A stretch of DNA of 64,000 nucleotides, taken from contig NZ_CAUQJA010000001.1 of assembly GCF_963518475.1 (NCBI RefSeq), forward strand, positions 78,018 through 142,017. The letters are read 5' to 3'. The notes beneath the pieces are model-generated. The model was not told the DNA's origin. It saw only the letters and a program-made list of their open reading frames with translations, and did not search any database. The translations under genes and the position numbers were made by a program. Positions 10,237 to 19,900 of this stretch are shown one piece after another. Positions within the stretch are counted from its first letter, which is position 1; each line of letters starts with the position of its first letter. Origin of the DNA: an uncultured Streptococcus sp. GTDB lineage: Bacteria > Bacillota > Bacilli > Lactobacillales > Streptococcaceae.

Positions 10237-11189
10237 CGACGCGCCCTCCTATAAAGTAAGATAAAGAATAAGAGACCTCCAACGCTCTCAATAATCATGT
10301 TGATGCGAATTTCCAGTGCAAAGACTCGTTCGATGAGGGCTTGCCCCAAGGTCAAACTAATAAATCCAATCAGAATGGCTACGATAAAGAGCAACTTGTG
10401 TCGATAGTCTTTGACGATTAGGTAGGTGAGGTTGGCTAGCATAAAGCCGAAGAAGGCCATAGGCCCTACCAAGGCAGTGGCCGTTGAGGTCAAAAGTACG
10501 ATACCCCAGAGGAGCTCTCTCTGTTCTTTTTCAACGTCGAGTCCCAATATCTGAGCCGTTTCTCTTTGCAGGTGCAAGACATCCAGAATGACTGCTTTTC
10601 GAAGGAAAAAGATTGTCAAAGCGAAGATGATCAAAGAACCGATGGCTAGGATGGAAGTGTTGAGATGTTGAAAGGAAGCAAAGAGACTGTTCTGCAGTTT
10701 ATCGTATTCATTTGGATCCATCAGGACCTGAAGGAAGGTACTGATATTTCGAAAGAGACTTCCGAGGGCTAGACAGATCAGCAGTATGAAGACCAGATCT
10801 TGCTTCATTAGCGTCTTCAAGTAGCCTTGTAAGGTAAGAAAGAAGAGGGATTGGACAAGAAGTAAGACTAGGAATTCTAAAATAGGGGACTTGCCAAGTT
10901 GAAGAAACTTGCTTTCAAAAACCAGTAGTAGAGTTTGCAGTAGGACGTAGAAGGATTCGATTCCTAAAATACTTGGCGTCAGGAAACGATTTTCCGTCAG
11001 TGTTTGAAAACTAATGGTCGAAATCCCTGTCGCGATAGCTACCAAGAGATAAACGATAATCTTTTGGGAACGCAGCTTCCAAGCGAAGGTGGACAGGTGA
11101 GTAATGGGCCAAAAGTAGAGAAGGAAAGCTCCGATGGCGAGGATAATGAGAAGGCAGAAGAGTTTGGTATGTTTGCTTTTAAACTGCAT
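10233..11189 (-). CDS. piuC: FecCD-family iron ABC permease
   Basis: Polytopic membrane protein. Start chosen at MQFKSKH; the track start 11237 would overlap the piuB tail more heavily. Confidence 0.8.
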   Translation of the reverse strand: MQFKSKHTKLFCLLIILAIGAFLLYFWPITHLSTFAWKLRSQKIIVYLLVAIATGISTISFQTLTENRFLTPSILGIESFYVLLQTLLLVFESKFLQLGKSPILEFLVLLLVQSLFFLTLQGYLKTLMKQDLVFILLICLALGSLFRNISTFLQVLMDPNEYDKLQNSLFASFQHLNTSILAIGSLIIFALTIFFLRKAVILDVLHLQRETAQILGLDVEKEQRELLWGIVLLTSTATALVGPMAFFGFMLANLTYLIVKDYRHKLLFIVAILIGFISLTLGQALIERVFALEIRINMIIESVGGLLFFILLYRRARR

Positions 11190-12138
11190 CTTTTCGTCCC
11201 CCTCTCCAGAGAAGTAGGATAAAGACGACGCTACCAATGATTCCTAGTAGAAGACTGACAGACAACTCATAGGGTCGAATCAAGACTCGGGATAGGATGT
11301 CGCAGGCCAGAACTAGATTGGCCCCAACCAGTGCGACCATGAGTTTGGTTTGACTCAAATTATCTCCATAGTGCTTACGAACAAGATTGGGAACGATGAC
11401 CCCGAGAAATGGCAAGCCACCCACGGTAATCATGGTGACACTAGTCGTTAGCGCCACCAGAAAGAGGGCCAGTTTTTCAAGTAGGGAGTAGGAAATCCCC
11501 AAACTTTCGCTAGTTTCTTTTCCTAGATTCATGATGGTGAAGGTTTGGGATAATTTCCAAACGGCTATCAGGATAATGAGCCCTAAAAAGAGCCATTCAT
11601 ACTGATGAGTCTGAATCATGGAGAAGGAGCCCTGGGTCCAGGCAGTCATACTCTGAACCAGATTGAAACGGTAGGCGATAACTTCTGTCACAGAACCGAT
11701 AATCCCGCTATAGATGATCCCAATAAGAGGCAACATCCATCTTTCCTTTACAGTAAAAATGGTCATAAAGGCTAGGAAGAAGAGGGTGAATACGATGGAT
11801 GAAATAAAAGCGAAGAGCATCTTTTGGGTCAGACTAGCCGACGGAAAGGCAAAGAGGCTCAATACCATTCCCAGTTTGGCGGCTTCAGTGGTTCCAACTG
11901 TACTCGGTGCAGCAAATTGATTTTGAGTGATGGTCTGCATGAGAAGTCCTGCCATACTCATACTAGAGGCAGTCAGGAGAATGCTAATGGTTCTTGGAAG
12001 ACGGGACTCTTGAAAGAGGAGCCAAGTTTCATGATCTAGAGCAAAGAGTTTTCCCCATGAAAAATCACTGGTTCCAATGCTAATAGAGAGAAAGACTAGG
12101 AGTAGAAGTAAGCCAATTAAATAATGAGAAAGTTTCAT
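11179..12138 (-). CDS. piuB: FecCD-family iron ABC permease
   Basis: Polytopic membrane protein. Start at MKLSHYL is preceded by aaaggatgggg. Confidence 0.8.
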   Translation of the reverse strand: MKLSHYLIGLLLLLVFLSISIGTSDFSWGKLFALDHETWLLFQESRLPRTISILLTASSMSMAGLLMQTITQNQFAAPSTVGTTEAAKLGMVLSLFAFPSASLTQKMLFAFISSIVFTLFFLAFMTIFTVKERWMLPLIGIIYSGIIGSVTEVIAYRFNLVQSMTAWTQGSFSMIQTHQYEWLFLGLIILIAVWKLSQTFTIMNLGKETSESLGISYSLLEKLALFLVALTTSVTMITVGGLPFLGVIVPNLVRKHYGDNLSQTKLMVALVGANLVLACDILSRVLIRPYELSVSLLLGIIGSVVFILLLWRGGRKDAV

Positions 12139-12187
12139 ACCCCATCCTTTCATGTAGATTTGATATCGAAAGATACCTGCGGATATT

Positions 12188-12216
12188 ACTGTAACACGAT
12201 TTCTTTAATCTGTCAA
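12188..12216 (-). promoter_or_regulatory. Candidate piu operon promoter
   Basis: Minus strand reads ttgaca, 17 nt, tacagt. Confidence 0.35.
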
Positions 12217-12281
12217 TAAATTTTCTGACAATTTAATGAATAAAACAAGGAGAGAGCGCCAAGCCTTTCTCCTTTGTTATC

Positions 12282-13280
12282 CTATTCCAAAATGTTTTTG
12301 CCTTCTTTAACACGCCAATGATAATCCGATAAAATAATATCTTCAAGAGAGTAGCTAGCCTTCCAATCAAGATATTTTTTAGCTTTTGATGCGTCTGCTA
12401 GGACGCTAGCTGGGTCACCAGCACGGCGATCAACAATTTCGTGTGGTATTTTTTGATTCAGTAATTCTTCAGCAGTTTTAAAGATTTCTTTGACGGTATA
12501 GCCTTTTTCAGTTCCTAAGTTAAAGATTTGAGAAGAACTGTCTTCTTGAAATAGGTAGTTCATTCCTTTAACATGAGCCTGTGCAAGGTCCAAGACATGA
12601 ATGTAATCTCGAATACATGAACCATCACGTGTATCATAGTCATCTCCAAATATTTTCAGGCTATCATTTTGTCCCAATGCGGTCTTGTTGATGTTGGGAA
12701 TGATATGAGTTGGATTTTTCACTCGCAGACCGTTTGAAGCATCCATTTCAGCTCCAGCAACATTAAAGTAACGGAAAATGACATATTTCCAATCGTAGCG
12801 ATTGGCCATCCAGTAAATCATTCGTTCACCCATCAGTTTTGTTTCTGCATAAGGGTTGACAGGGTCGAGCAACGTATCTTCAGTAGCTGGTTTGTCAATA
12901 CAGTTGTTACCATAGAGGGAAGCAGTCGAAGAGAACATGATTTTTTGAATACCAACTTCAGATAAGACTTTGAGAACTTGGTTCATACCAGCAACATTGG
13001 CAGTGAAGTATTTACTTGGATTTTCAATACTTTCGCTCACAACAATCTCACCCGCACAATGCAGAACAGCGTCAATCTTGTTTTCTTCCAAGTAAGTTTT
13101 TAAGGCACTAGCATCATAAACATCCAGTTGTTTAAAGCTAGCACTACTATCCACAGCCGCTCGATTTCCTGTAGAGAGATTATCTAGAACATGTACCTGA
13201 TAGCCAGCATTTAAAAGAGCTTTAACGGTATGGGAGCCAATGTAGCCAGCTCCACCTGTAACAAGAATTGTTTTGGTCAT
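12282..13280 (-). CDS. galE: UDP-glucose 4-epimerase
   Basis: GGAGYIGSH Rossmann motif. SDR extended-family length of 332 aa. Confidence 0.85.
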   Translation of the reverse strand: MTKTILVTGGAGYIGSHTVKALLNAGYQVHVLDNLSTGNRAAVDSSASFKQLDVYDASALKTYLEENKIDAVLHCAGEIVVSESIENPSKYFTANVAGMNQVLKVLSEVGIQKIMFSSTASLYGNNCIDKPATEDTLLDPVNPYAETKLMGERMIYWMANRYDWKYVIFRYFNVAGAEMDASNGLRVKNPTHIIPNINKTALGQNDSLKIFGDDYDTRDGSCIRDYIHVLDLAQAHVKGMNYLFQEDSSSQIFNLGTEKGYTVKEIFKTAEELLNQKIPHEIVDRRAGDPASVLADASKAKKYLDWKASYSLEDIILSDYHWRVKEGKNILE

Positions 13281-13541
13281 GATTTTTTCCTTTTCCTATT
13301 TTTGTACTATTTTAAAGAAATAAGAAGGCGAAGTCAACTATTTTCTACGAATTTCATGAAAAACTGAACAAATATAGCATTGAATTGTTTTTTTGTTTGG
13401 AAATTAATAGTTTGGTTGGTCTTGGAATAGTTCTTAGATTTCACCTCACACGCAAGAAAATACAATCTTTTTCTAAGATACAGTAAGACTAAGATACTAA
13501 TTTAGAAATCTACCTTCCCGCTATCCTTCTCCTATAAAAAG

Positions 13542-13550
13542 TGGTAAAAT
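13542..13550 (+). promoter_or_regulatory. Extended -10 (TGGTAAAAT) for pepA
   Basis: tggtaaaat lies 25 nt upstream of the ATG. Confidence 0.5.
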
Positions 13551-13574
13551 GGATGAAAGAAAGAAGGAACTGAA

Positions 13575-14639
13575 ATGACAATATTATTTTCAAAAATCAA
13601 AGAAGTAACAGAACTTGCTGCGATCTCAGGTCATGAAGCGCCTGTCCGTGCTTATCTTCGTGAAAAGTTGACACCGCACGTGGATGAAGTGGTGACAGAT
13701 GGTTTGGGTGGTATTTTTGGTATCAAACATTCAGAAGCTGCGGATGCACCGCGCGTCTTGGTCGCTTCTCACATGGATGAAGTTGGTTTTATGGTCAGCG
13801 AAATAAAGCCAGATGGTACCTTCCGTGTCGTAGAAATCGGTGGTTGGAATCCTATGGTGGTTAGTAGCCAACGTTTCAAACTCTTGACTCGTGATGGTCG
13901 TGAAATTCCTGTGATTTCGGGTTCTGTCCCTCCACATTTGACTCGTGGAAAGGGTGGACCAACTATGCCAGCCATTGCAGATATCGTCTTTGATGGCGGT
14001 TTTGCGGATAAGGCTGAGGCAGAAAGCTTTGGCATCCGTCCTGGCGACACCATCGTGCCAGATAGTTCTGCAATCTTGACAGCCAATGAAAAAAATATCA
14101 TCTCAAAAGCTTGGGACAATCGCTATGGAGTTCTCATGGTGAGCGAGTTGGCAGAAGCTCTGTCAGGTCAAAAACTTGGCAATGAACTCTATCTTGGCTC
14201 TAACGTCCAAGAAGAGGTTGGTCTCCGCGGTGCTCATACATCTACAACCAAGTTTGACCCAGAAGTTTTCCTAGCAGTTGACTGCTCACCTGCTGGTGAT
14301 GTTTATGGCGGTCAAGGTAAGATTGGGGATGGAACCTTGATTCGTTTCTACGATCCAGGGCACTTGCTTCTTCCAGGGATGAAGGATTTCCTTTTGACAA
14401 CGGCTGAAGAAGCGGGTATCAAGTATCAATACTACTGTGGTAAAGGCGGAACAGACGCTGGCGCAGCTCATCTGAAAAATGGTGGTGTCCCATCAACAAC
14501 AATCGGAGTCTGTGCTCGTTATATCCACTCTCATCAAACCCTCTACGCTATGGATGACTTCTTAGAAGCGCAAGCTTTCTTGCAAGCCTTGGTGAAAAAA
14601 TTGGATCGTTCAACAGTTGATTTGATTAAAAATTATTAA
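13575..14639 (+). CDS. pepA: M42 glutamyl aminopeptidase
   Basis: 354 aa. SHMDEVGF, WDNRYG, QEEVGLRGA, DC motifs. Confidence 0.9.
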   Translation: MTILFSKIKEVTELAAISGHEAPVRAYLREKLTPHVDEVVTDGLGGIFGIKHSEAADAPRVLVASHMDEVGFMVSEIKPDGTFRVVEIGGWNPMVVSSQRFKLLTRDGREIPVISGSVPPHLTRGKGGPTMPAIADIVFDGGFADKAEAESFGIRPGDTIVPDSSAILTANEKNIISKAWDNRYGVLMVSELAEALSGQKLGNELYLGSNVQEEVGLRGAHTSTTKFDPEVFLAVDCSPAGDVYGGQGKIGDGTLIRFYDPGHLLLPGMKDFLLTTAEEAGIKYQYYCGKGGTDAGAAHLKNGGVPSTTIGVCARYIHSHQTLYAMDDFLEAQAFLQALVKKLDRSTVDLIKNY

Positions 14640-14658
14640 ACTTAAGGAGGTGGTAGGG

Positions 14659-14955
14659 ATGGTAGAACCAAACCTAGAAAGCCTTGTAAAAGATCTTTAC
14701 AATCATGCTCGACATGATTTGAGTGAAGATTTAGTTGCTGCTCTCCTAGAGACTGCTAAAAAACTGCCTACTACAAATGAGCAATTGCTGGCAGTTCGTC
14801 TCTCAGGCCTGGTCAATCGTGAATTGCTCCTAAATCCCAAACATCCGGCACCTGAGTTGCTCAACTTGGCTCGCTTTATCAAAAGAGAAGAAGCAAAGTA
14901 CAGAGGAACTGCAGCTTCTGCGATTATGTATGGGGAGCTCTTTAAAATGCTTTGA
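14659..14955 (+). CDS. Small conserved hypothetical protein (98 aa)
   Basis: aaggagg RBS lies 8 nt before the ATG at 14659. No recognisable motif. Confidence 0.6.
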   Translation: MVEPNLESLVKDLYNHARHDLSEDLVAALLETAKKLPTTNEQLLAVRLSGLVNRELLLNPKHPAPELLNLARFIKREEAKYRGTAASAIMYGELFKML

Positions 14956-14982
14956 TTCCATTGTGGATCAAAGCATTTTTTT
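14947..14982 (+). terminator. Rho-independent terminator
   Basis: atgctttgat / atcaaagcat stem plus T-run. Confidence 0.85.
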
Positions 14983-15013
14983 CTATATGGTAGAAAAGCA
15001 ATTCTTGGTTAGG

Positions 15014-15044
15014 AAAAGAAAAAGCCATCCTATTTAGGATAGCT
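15014..15044 (-). terminator. Terminator of the Na/Pi cotransporter gene
   Basis: agccatcct / aggatagct stem with a T-run on the minus strand. Confidence 0.65.
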
Positions 15045-15053
15045 TCTTGGTTT

Positions 15054-16685
15054 TTAGATTTGTTCAGCGATGACCTTTTCAGCTAGATTCATAGCGTGGT
15101 CAGATACACGAGTATAGTGGGAAATGATGTCGATAAAGTTGACCCCAGCTTGCGTTGAACACTCGCCCTTGTTGAGGCGTTTGATGTGGGTCTTTCTGAG
15201 AACACGTTCCATATTGTTGATTTCTTTATGGCGTTCAATCAGACTTTGAGCTTTTTCAATATCATTGTTTTCCACGCTATCAAGGGCATCCTTGATAAAG
15301 CCAGTGGTTTTTTGATAGATATCAGCCAATTCCTGTAAAGCAGCTTCAGAGAACTCGACATTTTTACGTTGAAGGTAGTCAGTCAGATTGATTAGGGCTT
15401 CTGCGTGGTCCCCAATCCGTTCCAAATCACGGGATGAATCCAGGATGTTGGTGAGCACTTCACTTTCTTTCTGGCTAAGGGCTTCACTTGAAAGGGTAAT
15501 AAGGTAACGAGTCAATTTTTCATCAATGGTATTGATGGCTTCTTCTGTCTTGTGGCCTTTTTCAGCAACCTTTTCATTAAGGTCAATGATGTAGTTGTAT
15601 GAAAGGTCAAAGGCTTTAGAAGCATAATTTCCCAAGTGAAGGAGTTCTTTTTTGGCATTTCCGAGAGCGATTGATGGAGCTTGTTTAATCAAATGCTCAT
15701 CAAGATAAAGTGGCTCGTACTTGACAACTTCGTCTTCACCAGGGATGAGCTTGGTTACAAAGTAAGCCAAGGCTCCGATGAATGGAAATTGGATAATAGT
15801 ATTTGTGATATTAAAGGTTCCGTGGGCGAAGGCAATGGTCATTTCTGGAGCCAGATTGAGTGTAGATTCAAACCATTGAATCAAGCCAGTGAAAGGTACA
15901 AGGAAGACAATACAGATAACCGTACCAATCACGTTAAAGGCGACATGGGCACCAGCAACACGTTTGGCAGCGATATTGGCTCCAAGAGAAGCAATAATAG
16001 CTGTAATGGTCGTTCCGATATTATCACCAAACAAGACTGGTAGGGCACCTTGTAGATCAATCAAACCACTTGCGTAAAGATTCTGTAGGATACCGATAGT
16101 TGCGGAAGAAGCTTGAATGAGTAGGGTTAGTCCAGTTCCGACAAAGACACCGAGAATAGGACTCTTACTTAGTTCAACCATGTAGTCTCTAAAGACTTGC
16201 AGGTCTTTTAGAGGCTCCATTGCACCGCTCATAAGATTGAGAGCGAAGAAGATACCACCTACACCAAAAATGATACGTCCGATGTTATTGATAGAGCGAT
16301 TCTTGGTGAAGAAGAGACAAATCGCTCCGATGAAAAGCATTGGTAAGGCGTAATCTCCTAGCTTAAAACCGATGATAAAGGATGTAACGGTAGTTCCAAT
16401 ATTGGCACCCATGACAATACCGATAGCTTGACGCAAGGTCAAAAGTCCTGCGCTGACTAGCCCCACTGTAATGACTGTGACCCCAGAACTTGACTGAATT
16501 AGCGCCGTCATACCGATACCAACTAGCACACCGAAGAACGGATTGCTAGTGTACTTGTCAATGTAAAAACGAAGGCGATCTCCAGCAGCTTGTTGCAAAC
16601 CGTCTCCCATGGTCTTGATACTATATAAGAATAGTCCCAGACCACCTAAAAAGTGAAATAAAATTTCCTGCCAATTAATGGACAT
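15054..16685 (-). CDS. Na/Pi cotransporter family protein with C-terminal PhoU-like repeats
   Basis: 543 aa. The N-terminal polytopic region has repeated GANIGTT / GDNIGTT motifs. The C-terminus has a PhoU-like helical domain. Confidence 0.85.
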   Translation of the reverse strand: MSINWQEILFHFLGGLGLFLYSIKTMGDGLQQAAGDRLRFYIDKYTSNPFFGVLVGIGMTALIQSSSGVTVITVGLVSAGLLTLRQAIGIVMGANIGTTVTSFIIGFKLGDYALPMLFIGAICLFFTKNRSINNIGRIIFGVGGIFFALNLMSGAMEPLKDLQVFRDYMVELSKSPILGVFVGTGLTLLIQASSATIGILQNLYASGLIDLQGALPVLFGDNIGTTITAIIASLGANIAAKRVAGAHVAFNVIGTVICIVFLVPFTGLIQWFESTLNLAPEMTIAFAHGTFNITNTIIQFPFIGALAYFVTKLIPGEDEVVKYEPLYLDEHLIKQAPSIALGNAKKELLHLGNYASKAFDLSYNYIIDLNEKVAEKGHKTEEAINTIDEKLTRYLITLSSEALSQKESEVLTNILDSSRDLERIGDHAEALINLTDYLQRKNVEFSEAALQELADIYQKTTGFIKDALDSVENNDIEKAQSLIERHKEINNMERVLRKTHIKRLNKGECSTQAGVNFIDIISHYTRVSDHAMNLAEKVIAEQI

Positions 16686-16858
16686 TTCTTTTTCCTCCGA
16701 AAAATAATAACGGAATTTCTCCTATTCTATTTTAAAGGATAAAAGTAAATCTAACAAGTGTTAAGCTAAGATTTTAGAAAGAAAATTCGTTAGAATGGGC
16801 CTTAATTATATTAATTTTACCAATTTCTAACCTAGATATAGGTATTTCCTTTTATATA

Positions 16859-16886
16859 TTGACATTTAAAAGAAATATTTTAAAAT
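16859..16886 (+). promoter_or_regulatory. Candidate endoD promoter
   Basis: ttgaca, 16 nt, taaaat; about 100 nt upstream of the ATG. Confidence 0.5.
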
Positions 16887-16988
16887 GAGGGAGGTATTAT
16901 CTTGGTCCCTGTGATTGGGATAAAAATTTTATAAAGAAAGTTAAGCGCTTTCTTTTATGCAACAAAATCAATCCTTTAGGAGGAGAAA

Positions 16989-19900
16989 ATGAAGAATCCA
17001 TTTTTTGAAAGACGTTGTCGTTACAGTATTCGTAAGTTATCAGTAGGAGCCTGCTCGCTGATGATTGGGGCTGTTTTATTTGCTGGTCCAGCCTTAGCAG
17101 AAGAAACTGCAGTTCCTGAAAATAATGGAGCCAATACAGAGCTTGTTTCAGGAGAGAGTGAGCATCCAACTAATGAAGCTGACAAGCAGCATGAAGGAGA
17201 ACATGCTAGAGAAAATAAGCCAGAAAAGGCAGAAGGAGTAGCGACAGTATCTGAAACTGCTTCGCCAGCAAGCAATGAAGCTGCGACTACTGAAACCACA
17301 GAAGCAGCTAGCGCAGCTAAACCAGAGGAAAAACCAAGTGAGGTGGCTGCAGAAACATCATCTGTAGAAGCAAAACCTAAGTCTGACAAGGAAATAGAAG
17401 CAAAGCCTGAAGCAACTAGCCAAGGAGATGAGTCTAAGCCAGCAGCAGAAGCTAATAAGATTGAAAAAGAAGTCCAGCCAGATGTCCCTAAAAATACAGA
17501 AAAAACATTAAAACCAAAGGAAATCAAATTTAATTCTTGGGAAGAATTGTTGAAATGGGAACCCGGTGCTCGTGAAGATGATGCCATCAACCGCGGCTCT
17601 GTTGCCCTCGCTCCACGTCGGACAGGTCATTTGGTCAATGAAAAAGCTAGCAAGGAAGCAAAAGTTCAAGCTCTATCCAACACCAATTCTAAAGCAAAAG
17701 ACCATGCTTCTGTTGGTGGAGAAGAGTTCAAGGCCTATGCTTTTGACTATTGGCAATATCTAGATTCAATGGTCTTCTGGGAAGGTCTCGTACCAACGCC
17801 TGACGTTATTGATGCAGGTCACCGTAACGGGGTTCCTGTATACGGTACACTCTTCTTCAACTGGTCTAATAGTATTGCAGATCAAGAAAAATTCGCTGAA
17901 GCTTTGAAGCAAGACCCAGATGGTAGCTTCCCAATTGCCCGTAAATTGGTGGATATGGCCAAGTATTATGGCTATGATGGCTATTTCATTAACCAAGAAA
18001 CAACTGGGGACTTGGTTGAACCTCTTGGAGAAAAGATGCGCCAGTTTATGCTCTATACCAAGGAATATGCTGCTAAGGTAAACCATCCAATCAAGTATTC
18101 TTGGTACGATGCCATGACTTATAACTATGGACGTTACCACCAAGATGGTTTGGGAGAATACAACTACCAATTCATGCAACCAGAAGGAGATAAGGTTCCA
18201 GCAGATAACTTCTTTGCTAACTTTAACTGGGATAAGGCTAAGAATGATTACACTATTACAACTGCCAACTGGATTGGCCGTAATCCTTATGACGTATTTG
18301 CAGGTTTGGAATTGCAACAGGGTGGTTCCTACAAGACCAAGGTCAAATGGAATGACATTTTAGATGAAAATGGGAAATTACGCCTTTCTCTTGGTTTATT
18401 CGCCCCAGATACCATTACAAGTTTAGGAAAAACTGGTGAAGATTATCATAAGAATGAAGATATCTTCTTTACAGGTTATCAAGGTGATCCTACTGGCCAA
18501 AAACCAGGTGATAAAGATTGGTATGGGATTGCTAACCTAGTTGCGGACCGTACGCCAGCAGTAGGTAATACTTTTACTACTTCTTTTAATACAGGTCATG
18601 GTAGAAAATGGTTCGTAGATGGTAAGGTTTCTAAGGATTCTGAGTGGAATTACCGTTCAGTTTCAGGTGTTCTTCCAACATGGCGCTGGTGGCAAAAATC
18701 AACTGGCGATAAGTTGAAAGCAAGCTATGATTTTGAAGATGCTTATAATGGTGGAACTTCTCTCAAATTTGCAGGTGATCTTTCAGGTGCGACCAAGCAA
18801 GATGTGAATTTGTACTCTACTCGCTTGAAGGTGACAGATACCACCAAATTGCATGTTGCCCACAAAGGAGGCAAAGGGACCAAGGTTTATGTAGAATTTG
18901 CAACCAAGAAAGATTATACCTACGGTGATGAAGCTGCCCGTAAAGAATTGACAGTTTCAGATAACTGGACTACCGATGATTTTGATTTGAGTGCCTTGGC
19001 AGGTAAAACAATTTACGGTATTAAACTCTATTTTGAAAATGACAAAGACTTAAAAGGTTATCAATTTAACCTGGGGCAATTGACCATCAGCAATAATCAA
19101 GATGCTCCTCAGGCACCAACCACAGTAGCTGTAGCCAAACAAGTCCTTAAAAATGCCCAAGAAGCGGAAGCAGTTGTGCAATTTAAAGGCAACAAGGATG
19201 CAGATTTCTATGAAGTTTACGAAAAAGATGGAGACAGCTGGAAATTACTAACTGGCTCATCTTCTACAACTATTTATCTACCAAAAGTTAGCCGCTCAGC
19301 AAGTGCTCAAGGTACAACTCAAGAACTGAAAGTTGTAGCAGTCGGTAAAAATGGAGTTCGTTCAGAAGCTGCAACCACAACCTTTGATTGGGGCATGACT
19401 GTAAAAGATACCAGCCTACCAAAACCACTAGCTGAAAATATCGTTCCAGGGGCAACAGTTATTGATAGTACTTTCCCTAAGACTGAAGGTGGAGAAGGTA
19501 TTGAAGGTATGTTGAATGGTACCATTACCAGTCTTTCAGACAAGTGGTCTTCTGGACAGTTAAGTGGCAGTGTGGATATTCGTTTGACCCAGCCACGTAC
19601 AGTTGTTAGATGGGTGATGGATCATGCTGGAGCTGGTGGAGAATCTGTAAACGATGGTTTGATGAACACCAAAGACTTTGACCTCTATTATAAAGATGCG
19701 GATGGTCAATGGAAGTTGGCTAAGGAAGTCCGTGGCAATAAAGCCCATGTTACAGATATTACCCTTGACAAACCTATCACAGCTCAAGATTGGCGCTTGA
19801 ATGTTGTCACTTCTGACAATGGAACTCCATGGAAGGCTATTCGTATCTATAACTGGAAAATGTATGAAAAGCTTGATACTGAAAGTGTCAATATTCCGAT

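Noticed and set aside
17021-17590. 189-aa minus-strand ORF inside the 5' part of endoD; similar antisense ORFs lie at 17766-18317 and 21564-21902
   Set aside because: It lies entirely within a strongly supported 1757-aa gene. It has a low-complexity Ser/Ala composition mirroring the Ala/Glu/Pro-rich region opposite, and no RBS.
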